Source: a virus
Taxonomy: Duplodnaviria > Caudoviricetes
Virus record (IMG/VR): IMGVR_UViG_3300028048_000068
Location: 32,001 to 96,000 of that record
Reading direction: 5' to 3' (one strand)
DNA length: 64,000 nt
Part shown: one piece after another, positions 6,891 to 16,534 of the stretch
How positions within the stretch are numbered: the stretch's first letter is position 1
Layout: each line of letters begins with the position of its first letter
Notes under the pieces: model-generated
What the model was told of the DNA's origin: nothing
Databases searched by the model: none
The model's input: only the letters and a program-made list of their open reading frames with translations
Translations under genes and position numbers: made by a program

Positions 6891-7014
6891 TGTTCTATCT
6901 CCTTTCAATCTCTTAGCTTGTCTATATTATACTCTTTATAGCTTGCATTGTCAAGCTCTATCTTGTACTTCGTTTGATATAATCAGTTCGACTCGAAGGT
7001 CGAGGGTCGAGGGT

Positions 7015-7485
7015 CTAGTGCAGACCCTCGATTACCCTTATCAGCTGAGTCTCGGTGGTGAATGTGGCTCTTTCAAACTTGAGCTGATATGTGATACCGT
7101 TCACTATCATATCCGGACCTTCCCACCACTTCAGTGTGTCCTTTTCCCAAGTCTGTCCGAAGTATTCAGCCATTACATATTCAAAATCGTGGCCTTTATT
7201 GCTACCATATACAGGTGTCAGCATTTCGTGAACTTCTTCGAAGTGTTCAATGGTGCAGACCTTGAAAGCACCAGCCTTAATCATAGCCTTTTTCTCGTCG
7301 GCTGTAGGTCTAAAGCGCATTGATACAGCGCCGCCCTTGCTCTTAGCGGCTCTATCGAGCACACAGCCCAGGCCGTTGAACACGCTCTCGTATGCCCATA
7401 CGAAACCATCACGCGCGAACCCGTCAAAATGACGCTCGCATGCTTCGAAAGTCTTGTAATTGTCAACCATAGTTCTAAGTTCCAT
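7015..7485 (-). CDS. Hypothetical protein, possible PD-(D/E)xK-like fold
   Basis: RBS AAGGAGGT, own promoter; GHDFE...GPDMIVNGITYQLK. Confidence 0.7.
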   Translation of the reverse strand: MELRTMVDNYKTFEACERHFDGFARDGFVWAYESVFNGLGCVLDRAAKSKGGAVSMRFRPTADEKKAMIKAGAFKVCTIEHFEEVHEMLTPVYGSNKGHDFEYVMAEYFGQTWEKDTLKWWEGPDMIVNGITYQLKFERATFTTETQLIRVIEGLH

Positions 7486-7813
7486 TTTAGTACCTCCTTG
7501 CTATGGTTAGATTATAAGCCCAACGGCTATGTTTTGTCAATTGAAAAAATCAATAATAATAGCAGAGTATTATTAATAAAATCAATAACACAAAATCAGT
7601 AAAATCTATTGACAAACACATAAAATTGTGATTGGACTTTGTGATATTTTTAACAAGGGATCTCAAAATATTTGAGGCGACCAAAAGAATATTTGTTCTT
7701 TTTTGTTCCCTAAAAATCTTTTTGTTAACCTAAAGAATATTTGTTCGGATTGTTGTTTATTTATTAACAATCCGAATGTATGTTCGCTTGTGAAACTTTT
7801 AACAAGTGGATCC

Positions 7814-7897
7814 CATATGAACATATGAACATATGAACATATAAACATATGTTCGACCATACATACATTAACATATGTTCATATGTTCATATGTTCA
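7814..7897. repeat. Tandem 8-bp GAACATAT repeats arranged as an inverted pair
   Basis: (CATATGAA)3-CATATAAA-CATATGTTCG, then AACATATGTT-(CATATGTT)2-CA. Confidence 0.85.
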
Positions 7898-8085
7898 CTG
7901 ATGAAGAGGCACTCTCATACACGCCCTCGGGCGTTTCCTCTGACGGATCCCGATGGTATGGTTAACAATATGTTCTTCATTAAGTACAAGATTGGTAGTT
8001 GACTTATGCAACCGACGAGAGTACAATCTAACCATCAGATACAGACACAGACCGCAAGGCGGTCATCACAGAGAGGAGACAGACA

Positions 8086-8319
8086 ATGTATAACGACCTT
8101 ATCAGAGAAGCAACAGCAGAAGAAATGGCAATCTATCATAGAGTCGAAGACGTACTCGATACACTGACCGAAGACGAAGAAACACGTTTCATCGAAACCG
8201 TCGGAGACAGAGTATATGACTATACTCGTAGCAAAGCAATTTATCAGAGAGCATACAGACTCGGAAAAAAATACGGTTTCACCGTTGAAGAACTCGAAAC
8301 TTGGTACTGCATCGACTAA
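8086..8319 (+). CDS. Hypothetical protein; the only credible plus-strand gene in the early region
   Basis: Promoter TTGACT-17-TACAAT (~7999-8027), RBS GAGGAG, terminator at 8329-8358. Confidence 0.8.
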   Translation: MYNDLIREATAEEMAIYHRVEDVLDTLTEDEETRFIETVGDRVYDYTRSKAIYQRAYRLGKKYGFTVEELETWYCID

Positions 8320-8376
8320 GTCGAAACAATAAAGTCCCTTATAAGGGACTTTTTTATTGCTTTATTCTCTGACGCT

Positions 8377-8460
8377 AAAATTTGCCCTCTGACGCTCAAA
8401 ACTTAATCAATTGATAGATTATACCATTTCAATAGTTTTGACCGTCAGAGGGCAAAATTT
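8377..8460. repeat. 27-bp near-perfect inverted repeat with ~30-bp spacer
   Basis: AAAATTTGCCCTCTGACGCTCAAAACT ... AGTTTTGACCGTCAGAGGGCAAAATTT. Confidence 0.8.
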
Positions 8461-8716
8461 GACCTGTGAGGGGTATGCCCATGTGAAAGTACACCATAAT
8501 ATCCCGGCCCTGTTTTTATCAATGGCCCTCTCTTTTTTAGAAAAGTAGTACCTAAAACGGTTTTAGATTTTCCGAAAGCAGTTACTTAAACCTACCGCCC
8601 TGGTAGGAATTAAAATCCTAAAATATACCCCGGCTTGCTTATGGGTTAGAGGCCTTTAACTCTCCGGTCAGACCCTATGTCCTGGTACAAAATATCCACG
8701 AAATAAAAAAATAGAC

Positions 8717-9064
8717 CTACACGTAGTAGGCCTTTCTTTTACCTTTATTTTTAACCTTCACATCGCAGCTTTTAATTTTCCCCTCTCGTATAAGGTTCGT
8801 ACAAATAGCAGTGAGCCTTTGACGCGTCAACGTTGAGCCAATTTTCTCCGCCAACTCATCAATTTGAATTGGCTCCTCCGTTAGCGCCTCACAAATTAAT
8901 TCCTCGTAACGCTTATTTTCGACGTAATTTGCACTCTCCTTACTCACTTGATTCGCTCGCGCGCTACGTTCGTCCAGCTTCGCCAATTCAGCCTTGCAGT
9001 CTTCAATTAGCTCTTCCGTAATATTCCCAGCTATAACCGCTTCAAGTCTTTGTCTCCTAGTCAC
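8717..9064 (-). CDS. Putative winged-helix protein; paralog of 3096..3425
   Basis: Shared N-terminal MT.R....AVI.G.ITE and C-terminal VKVK.KG..K.Y. Confidence 0.8.
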   Translation of the reverse strand: MTRRQRLEAVIAGNITEELIEDCKAELAKLDERSARANQVSKESANYVENKRYEELICEALTEEPIQIDELAEKIGSTLTRQRLTAICTNLIREGKIKSCDVKVKNKGKRKAYYV

Positions 9065-9237
9065 TTAACTCTTCCTCCTTTTTCAATTGCTTCATTAAAT
9101 TTGTTGTACTTGCAAGTCTCACATTCCGTCTGTAGTTCATCCTCAATCGGCTTGATAGTAATACATTGCCAATTTTCTTTATCTGCATTACCATTGTAAA
9201 CTTCTATTATTGACTCAATCTTTACTTCTCCGTCCAT
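9061..9237 (-). CDS. Small hypothetical protein, 58 aa
   Basis: Read manually; fills the gap and overlaps the next start (GTGA). Confidence 0.5.
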   Translation of the reverse strand: MDGEVKIESIIEVYNGNADKENWQCITIKPIEDELQTECETCKYNKFNEAIEKGGRVK

Positions 9238-9451
9238 AAAACTCTTCCAACTCTACAAACTTCTCCAAATACCATATGGCTTTCTTTATATCTTCCAATC
9301 CATTTTTATTTTTGTGTCTGTAAATGTACTTAAATGCATTACAGATACAGAAATTTTTAACTGCCTCTGCGCCCTGCGTTTCAACCATTACGTCGATTGA
9401 TTCATACTTGCCTGTCGCATAGTGGGGAGGATGATTTACGTAATCTGTCAT
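9215..9451 (-). CDS. DUF3310 / T7 gp1.7-like putative nucleotide kinase
   Basis: DYVNHPPHY...GAEAVKNFCICNAFKY..R...KNGLEDIKKAIWYL signature. Confidence 0.85.
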   Translation of the reverse strand: MTDYVNHPPHYATGKYESIDVMVETQGAEAVKNFCICNAFKYIYRHKNKNGLEDIKKAIWYLEKFVELEEFYGRRSKD

Positions 9452-9611
9452 TGACTACCTCCTTTTTTTATATAGGTTTAACTTACTTACTATAATAATT
9501 ATAACTGAATTTTAAAAAATTATCAAATTTTCATGACTAACGTATAAGTCCTCGCGAAAATTTGACTTCTGCGCGCGTCCGTGTTATACTTAAACTATGG
9601 AGGGCACATAA

Positions 9612-10931
9612 ATGCAGAATAGACTTAAACTTAATTTTGATTTAGAAACTGCGGCTGAACGAGCACAATTTATTCAAACTTATCTGGTCCAGTTTCCTGA
9701 TTTGACTAGTTCTGAAGCCTCCACAATTGCGGATTATTTGTTATGGGGCAAGGATGGCAGTGGCGCGCCTATAGGTAAGGACACCGGATTGGAAACGCGC
9801 TGGACGAAAACAAACGAAGCTGAATCGCTCGATGCGGTTTTGGAGAATCCTGCCATGAGTAATGCGCAATTGTATACGTTAAATGATGCGGTTGTTTTAA
9901 AAAAGAACAGAGACGTTTTTAATAGAGAAGAAGCAAGAAAAGAAGCACCGGAATTTCTGCGGCCGACCTTTGAGGAACTGTGGAAGACGATTGACGAGAT
10001 TGAGCTAGAGATTAACTTTTATGAAGAGAGGATTGGAAAAAGAGAGAAACCGCCAAGAGATGAGTTAGTTAAGCGTTTTACTGACGAAGAAGTTGAACGT
10101 ATACGCGCGCGAAGCCAAAAACTTAATCAGTATGGATATTTGAAGTTGAGACATAGGATAAGAGAGTTGAGAACAGAACAGTTCACAATTAGAGACTCTT
10201 ACCGCTCAACTTTTAATATAACCCAATCAATCTATGCGCCAAAGCATAGAAGTTTTGTTTTTGACTGCGACGTGGAGGTACTGCCGCTAGGTGTAAAAGA
10301 AGGGGCAACTGGAGATATAGTTTTCGATATAAACTTTGACCCGCGCGCACTCGACGAAGAACAGCTACGTTTGATAAGTAGGTTGGTCTGGAAGAAAAAG
10401 AATTGTCAAAAGCCAAAGAATGAAATTTTTGACTTTAGAGATTTAGAAGCGGTTTATCAGTTGTATTTATTTAAAGAAGAATTTGATGAACGGCTTGAAC
10501 AAGTTAAACTAGACCACATTGTAGAGAACAACTTACGCAACCTACTTGATACACTTGATTTCTATGAACAAATGGCAGACTTAACTGACGTACAGCGTGA
10601 AATTTTGAAGCTAAAAGAACAAAAACAGAAAAACGCAGATATAGCGGGGTATATTAATAAGAAATATGGAAAGAGCTATACTGCGAATTATATAAGTACT
10701 ATATTTAAGCAGAAAATTATAGTGAAGATTAACGAGGCCGCGCAACTACATCAAGATACAATTGAAAATTGTTTTTTCGAAGAGAACTTTAAAAAATGTG
10801 GTTGCTGTGGTAGGATTTTACTTTTAGATGGAAGAAATTGGGTTAAGAAAACCAGAAGTAAAGACGGATTCCAGAGCAGATGTAAAAGATGCGAAAGGGA
10901 ACTCCGAAAAAAGAAAAAGGAGGATGGGTAA
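9612..10931 (+). CDS. Putative phage transcription regulator (sigma region-4-like HTH plus C-terminal Zn finger)
   Basis: LTDVQREILKLK...NADIA...YISTIF; CGCC...CKRC. Confidence 0.55.
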   Translation: MQNRLKLNFDLETAAERAQFIQTYLVQFPDLTSSEASTIADYLLWGKDGSGAPIGKDTGLETRWTKTNEAESLDAVLENPAMSNAQLYTLNDAVVLKKNRDVFNREEARKEAPEFLRPTFEELWKTIDEIELEINFYEERIGKREKPPRDELVKRFTDEEVERIRARSQKLNQYGYLKLRHRIRELRTEQFTIRDSYRSTFNITQSIYAPKHRSFVFDCDVEVLPLGVKEGATGDIVFDINFDPRALDEEQLRLISRLVWKKKNCQKPKNEIFDFRDLEAVYQLYLFKEEFDERLEQVKLDHIVENNLRNLLDTLDFYEQMADLTDVQREILKLKEQKQKNADIAGYINKKYGKSYTANYISTIFKQKIIVKINEAAQLHQDTIENCFFEENFKKCGCCGRILLLDGRNWVKKTRSKDGFQSRCKRCERELRKKKKEDG

Positions 10932-11247
10932 GTTGGCTTTTAAAAAGAATAGTCCTGAGAACTTACTTTCAGAAATTATAAAATTAGAACCAATTGAGTT
11001 TCTTGGGATTTGTAAAATAGTTGGGGTTGACGTTATGAAGCCAATAAGTACAACTGTAGAGGATATTACAGAGGCTGACGAAGAGGGCGGCCAAGCGACC
11101 GCACATATGAAACTTGAAGTAGAACCCCGCGAATTTAATGATATTTGGGAAGACTTATGTGATAAGTTAGAACAAATGAATAGAGTTAGAAGGCGTAATT
11201 TGGGTAAGCTAGTTTACGCCGCAACGAAAAAAGAAAAGGAGAAATAG
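10924..11247 (+). CDS. Hypothetical protein
   Basis: RBS AAGGAGG before ATG at 10924. Confidence 0.75.
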   Translation: MGKLAFKKNSPENLLSEIIKLEPIEFLGICKIVGVDVMKPISTTVEDITEADEEGGQATAHMKLEVEPREFNDIWEDLCDKLEQMNRVRRRNLGKLVYAATKKEKEK

Positions 11248-11249
11248 AA

Positions 11250-12239
11250 ATGGCTTTAAATCCACACTTTGACATAGATTTTAGTTCAAAGAAATGTGTA
11301 TGCTGCGGCCAGATGAAAGATTCTTTTTCTTATTTAAGAACAAAATCGTTTATGTATCCGAGTGGATATGTAGATGTATGTGTAGATTGCTTGGGAGATA
11401 GACTTCAAAAATCTAACTTTGATTGGAATGTCATGGATAAGATTTGTCAGTATTTAGATATTCCTTTTCAATTAGATAAGTTTGAAGAGCTACGTCCTAC
11501 GCACTCTGCGCCCGAGCTATTAAAATCATATAACTTGATATACTTTACAGATGAATATGAGGGGATAGATTGGCAGTCTTATCAAGAGGCTTATCGTGAG
11601 TTAGATGCGGCCGGCGCACTCGACGAAGTCGTACCGGGGCTCTCTGACGATAAGCGTAGAAAACTTCAAGAGAAATGGGGTTATAACTATGATGAAGAAG
11701 CTTTAACCTATTTGGAAAACCTCTATGATGGATTATTACTTACTCAAAACATCAACGGCGCGCTTCAAGGCGACCAAGCATTGAAGATATGTAAGATTTC
11801 TTATGAAATTGATAATCGTATTCGCGCGGGAGAGGATTTTGATAAGTTGCTTGCTTCATATGATAAGTTAGTTAAAACTGGCGAATTTACTCCGAAGAAT
11901 GTAAAGAACGCAAGTGATTTTGAATCAATGGGCGAATTAGTAAGATGGTTAGAGAAACGAGGTTTTACCAATCAATTCTATGATGGAGAGACACGAGACA
12001 TTGTTGATGAGACTATTAAGAATATACAAGGATGGAATCAACGTTTATATGTTAATGAATCTGGTATTGGTGATGAAATAACACAGCGTATTCAAGCATT
12101 AAAAACCGCAGCCGAACTTGAAACATATTATGATTTAAATAAAAATGACGATAAAGATTTAGATAATTATGAAAATGAGGGATACGAACAACTATTTAAA
12201 GATGATGATTTCGTAGCTGACCTTGATGGGGGTGAGTAA
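11250..12239 (+). CDS. Zn-finger protein upstream of terL, possibly terminase small subunit
   Basis: CVCC...CVDC; position immediately before the large terminase. Confidence 0.55.
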   Translation: MALNPHFDIDFSSKKCVCCGQMKDSFSYLRTKSFMYPSGYVDVCVDCLGDRLQKSNFDWNVMDKICQYLDIPFQLDKFEELRPTHSAPELLKSYNLIYFTDEYEGIDWQSYQEAYRELDAAGALDEVVPGLSDDKRRKLQEKWGYNYDEEALTYLENLYDGLLLTQNINGALQGDQALKICKISYEIDNRIRAGEDFDKLLASYDKLVKTGEFTPKNVKNASDFESMGELVRWLEKRGFTNQFYDGETRDIVDETIKNIQGWNQRLYVNESGIGDEITQRIQALKTAAELETYYDLNKNDDKDLDNYENEGYEQLFKDDDFVADLDGGE

Positions 12240-15059
12240 TGCAGGAAAAACGAAAAAAAGTAATTCTTTCAAGTCGTCAAGAATTAATGTCTAACGACTT
12301 TATTGAACGAGCAGAGCGCGAAGGTATAGAACTGGAAAAAGGGGCTACAATTACTAATGAATATTTAAATAGACATTATGATGAATTGTGTAAGTGGGTT
12401 AATTTGTTCACTGCTTATCCAGACTACTATCTTGATATAATAAGACCTGCCGATTCTGAATTTAGCCTCTTTTTCTATCAACGATTTACACTGCGCGCGC
12501 TCATGCGTTTCAAGGACGTATTTATAACGGCGCCCCGTGCGTTTTCAAAATCATTTATTACAATACTTGCACTTTTCTTACAATGTGTATTTATACCGGG
12601 TAGAAAAATCTTTATTTGTGCTAATACAAAAATGCAGGCGGCTCAAATAACAAAAGAAAAAGTTATTGAAATTTACACGCATTGGCCATTATTGCGAAAA
12701 GAGGTCATTGGCTGGGAATTAAGTGAGTTCCCTGGAAATTTTGGTAAAGACTATGTTACTTTAAAATTTCGTAATGGGTCTATTCTTGATGTAGTTCTGG
12801 CTGGAGACGCAGCCAGAGGACAACGTCGACATGGAGGACTGATAGACGAAATTCGTGACGGAGACGAGGAAATGATAAACTCTGTAGTTATCCCTTAAAC
12901 TTAACTAGGGGGCTTTAACCCGCGAGGGTTATTGAAAAAGGTGGTGAACGTAAGACAAAACGGTGTCGCGAAAGCGGCTAACGGGGAACGATAATAATCC
13001 AATCCCGTGCCAAGCAAGAAGTATTCTTGAAGGTGTAGAGACTAATAGTAAACTGGATTTTGTCACCAGTTGAAGCGCCACCCAACTATTTTAAAATTTA
13101 TGATTTAATTTCTTATACTTCCACTTGTTAATTTCCACTTGTTAATGTAAGATAAAATATTTACAAGAGGTAATAAAAATGTGGAAGAAAATTATTGATA
13201 ATGATATTATAACTGATTATAGTATTAGTGATTCTGGTGAGGTCAGAAAAGATACTAATAATTATATGATGAAGCCTTATATTCAACATGGATATGCCCA
13301 TGTTACTTTACAGATAAATAAAAAACCTAAACGATTTAATATACATCGTTTAGTTGCAATTGCTTTTATTCCTAATCCAGATAATAAACCTTATGTTAAT
13401 CATATAGATGGAAATAAAACCAATAATTGTGTTGATAATTTAGAGTGGGTTACACCGTCTGAAAATACTCAACATGCTGTAAAAACTGGTTTAAAATCTC
13501 CAACTAGAGAGAGAGAGGTGGTACAATTCGGATTAGATGGTAAAAAAGTTCGTGAGTATAAAAGTTTAGCCGAGGCAGCACGAATCACTGGTTCATCTGA
13601 AGCAAAAATTAGTGTTTGTTGTCAAAAACAAAGAGAGCAGCACAATGGTTTTCAATGGCGATACAAAAGTGAATGTTGTGAAAATTTACAGCCAATTAAA
13701 GAGTATCGTACAAAAAAGAAGCAAGTTGCTCAAATTGATGTTGAAACTGGTGAAATAATTGCTATTTATGAAAGTTTACAAGCCGCGGCGCGGGCAGTAA
13801 ATGGTTCACACAGCGCTATCAGTAATATAATCAATCATAAAAAGCAAACCAAAACTCATAAAGGTTTTGGATGGAAAGTAGTTGATGAGATAGTCCAATA
13901 AATGCTAGTAAATGTTTCTCGTCGTTTACCAAACAACACAGTTAATCCTAAAGAACCAAATGAACAGATAGTATGTGCTACAAGTGCAGGTGCAAAAACT
14001 TCATTTGCATATGATAGATTAATAGACACTTTTGAAAATTCAATTATAGACCCAAATAATTCATTTATGTTTGGGTGTGATTGGAGATTACCGGCAATGC
14101 ACGGACTCATTAGCGCTCAACACATTAAAAAATTGCAGATGAGTCCATCATATAATGCAGAATCATTTGCCACAGAATATTTATCTCTCTGGCAGGGGTC
14201 TAGCGAAGAAGCTTGGTTCTCTTATGAAAAATTATCTAAATATAGAAAAATAAAGAACCCAGAAACGCACGCAATTAATAGACCCGATTCTGAACAATTC
14301 TACTTAATATCAGTGGACGTAGGCCGAATTTCCGACCAAACAGCAGTATGCGTATTTAGAGTTAATATAGTAAAAGGCAAGTTCTATAGTACATTAGTCA
14401 ATCTAATTGTGCTTGGGCGCACTCCACAGACAAAACCTTTTACTGTACAGGCGGTTGACCTTAAAAAAATAATTGCTTTATATAATCCGCGCGAGGTTGT
14501 CATTGATACCAATGGTCTTGGTGTCGGCCTTGCTGATGAAATGATAAAGCCACAATATGATGAGAAAGGAAACATCCTTCCTGCATATGGATTTATCAAT
14601 GATGATGTATATAAAGCAATTCAACCAAAGGATGCGCCGAAAATTCTTTATGGAATTAAAGCAAATGGTCCTTTAAACTCTAAAATTCATGGTAACTGCT
14701 ATTCTAGACTTACTGGTGGTCTAGTGCGTTTTCTAATAACTGAACAGCAAGCAAAGAGTGCGTTACTTGCAACCAAAATAGGTCAAAAAATGACCGTAGA
14801 ACAACGTGTGATGCGTTTAATGCCACACGAGATGACAACGAAGTTATTTGAAGAAATGGCTAATTTGCGTTTAAAACGCACCGGAGCTAGTTTAGATATA
14901 GTTCTTGAACGAATTAATTCTCGATTCCCAAAGGATAAGTATTCAAGCTTCTCCTACGGACTATGGAGAATTAAAGAACTTGAAGAAGAATACTATAAAA
15001 CTAGTCATCGTCGGCGCGCAGGTAAACGTCAATTAGTATTCTTCTCAGGAGGAAGATAA
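12239..15059 (+). CDS. terL: Terminase large subunit, split by a group I intron (exons 12239-12895 and 13905-15059)
   Basis: Walker A APRAFSKS, Walker B LIDE, nuclease SVDVG...D; spliced junction VVIP|LVNVSRR. Confidence 0.9.
12896..13904 (+). mobile_element. Group I intron in terL
   Basis: Exon ends in U with P1 partner AGGGGG; P3 GGTGGTG/CGCCACC; R GTAGAGACTA; S GAGATAGTCC; terminal G. Confidence 0.9.
13179..13901 (+). CDS. Intron-encoded HNH homing endonuclease (NUMOD4-HNH-NUMOD1 type)
   Basis: HRLVAIAFIPNP...VNHIDGNKTNN..NLEW; located in the P8 loop. Confidence 0.9.
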   Translation: MWKKIIDNDIITDYSISDSGEVRKDTNNYMMKPYIQHGYAHVTLQINKKPKRFNIHRLVAIAFIPNPDNKPYVNHIDGNKTNNCVDNLEWVTPSENTQHAVKTGLKSPTREREVVQFGLDGKKVREYKSLAEAARITGSSEAKISVCCQKQREQHNGFQWRYKSECCENLQPIKEYRTKKKQVAQIDVETGEIIAIYESLQAAARAVNGSHSAISNIINHKKQTKTHKGFGWKVVDEIVQ

Positions 15060-16534
15060 TGGATGAACCAATCAAAAGAGATTTAACCTCTTTTACAAAA
15101 GCTATAGGCGATATGATAGCGAAGAATGAATCATCCTATAATTTGGCTACGCGTTACGGAAGAAGCAGATATGAAAGGACTAAAGACTATACATTAGAAG
15201 AAATAAACGATATTATTGATTCTGGTTCTCTTGAAGCTCAAATTACTCTTTCTCGTAACTATTTTAGCAAAGGCGGTTTCTATCAACGTCTGTTGATGCA
15301 CTATGCTACCTTACTCAAATATACAAGTTTACTAATTCCTCATCCAAGTTTTGGTAAAAATCTCTCCGAAAAATATATTGAGAAAAGGTATCAGGGTGCG
15401 GTTGACTTTCTTGATATGGCTAAGCTGCCTGACTTATTTACTCATATAGGCATACATGTCTTAAGAGACGGTTGTTATTATGGGGTGATTCAAGAAGTAG
15501 CAGATAAATACATATCTATATTAGACTTGCCTATCTTTTATTGTCGTTCACGCTTTAAGGATAAAGAAGGCAATGATATAGTTGAATTTAATGTTACATA
15601 TTTTGATTCTATACACGATAAAGAATATCGGAGAAAAGCTTTAGCGGTTTATCCACGTGAAGTAGTAAATTGGTACAAGCGCTATAAAGCTGGAAAAGAA
15701 ACTAATCCATGGTGTTACATTTCTACTGATGTAGGAATTTGTATGTCGTTGGTTGATGAAAGACCGATATTCCTAAATATTATTTCTGCATCATTAGAAT
15801 ATGATGAAGCCAAAGATTTAAATAGGGAAAGAGACCTTGAAGAGATTAGAAAGGTTCTGGTACAACATATTCCGCACTTAACTGATGGCGGTTTACTATT
15901 TGAGCCAGAGGAAGCAGTTGAAATGCACAAAGGCGCGGTCGACATGATGCGTAAAAATGAGAACTTAAGTGTACTCACAACATATGCTGATGTTGATGCC
16001 ATTGTATCAAAATCTGCTAATGATAATTCTCTTAATTCTGTTGATAAGGCTCTTGCGAATATTTATGCCGAAGCGGGTTCAAGTAGCCAACTCTTCGGTA
16101 CAGATTCTAATTTATCGTTAAACACTTCAATTACTAACGATATGGCTTTAATGATGGTGCTCGCGCGGAAGCTCGAAAGATTTATTACATCAATTGTTAA
16201 TTACAAATATGGTAATGCAAACATTTCCTTTACCTATAAAATTTTACCAGTATCTTTTTATAACCAAAAGGAATATGTTGAGACTAGTTTAAAATTGGCT
16301 AATTCCGGTTACAGTTTCTTACTGCCGGCTTTAGCTATGGACGTTTCGCAACGTGAACTTAGTAGTCTTAAAGATTTAGAAAACGATGTATTAAAACTGA
16401 AAGAAAAATTAATTCCGTTAAGTACTTCATATACAGAAACAGGAAATGTAGGACGTCCTACGAAAGACGCACAAGATAAAAGTGCAAAAACAGTGGCTAA
16501 TGAGGAATCGTTAGACCGAGGAGGTTCTAATTAA
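15059..16534 (+). CDS. Portal protein
   Basis: Follows terL; size; C-terminal GRP motif. Confidence 0.8.
   Translation: MDEPIKRDLTSFTKAIGDMIAKNESSYNLATRYGRSRYERTKDYTLEEINDIIDSGSLEAQITLSRNYFSKGGFYQRLLMHYATLLKYTSLLIPHPSFGKNLSEKYIEKRYQGAVDFLDMAKLPDLFTHIGIHVLRDGCYYGVIQEVADKYISILDLPIFYCRSRFKDKEGNDIVEFNVTYFDSIHDKEYRRKALAVYPREVVNWYKRYKAGKETNPWCYISTDVGICMSLVDERPIFLNIISASLEYDEAKDLNRERDLEEIRKVLVQHIPHLTDGGLLFEPEEAVEMHKGAVDMMRKNENLSVLTTYADVDAIVSKSANDNSLNSVDKALANIYAEAGSSSQLFGTDSNLSLNTSITNDMALMMVLARKLERFITSIVNYKYGNANISFTYKILPVSFYNQKEYVETSLKLANSGYSFLLPALAMDVSQRELSSLKDLENDVLKLKEKLIPLSTSYTETGNVGRPTKDAQDKSAKTVANEESLDRGGSN

Noticed and set aside
54-9021. Plus-strand shadow ORFs in the early region and antisense ORFs over structural and replication genes
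   Set aside because: They overlap better-supported genes on the opposite strand and lack RBSs or recognisable motifs.
12239-15059. Pseudogene or stop-codon recoding explanation for the split terL, thyX-like and nrdD genes
   Set aside because: Group I intron core elements and precise in-frame splice junctions explain the breaks; other genes read normally in the standard code.
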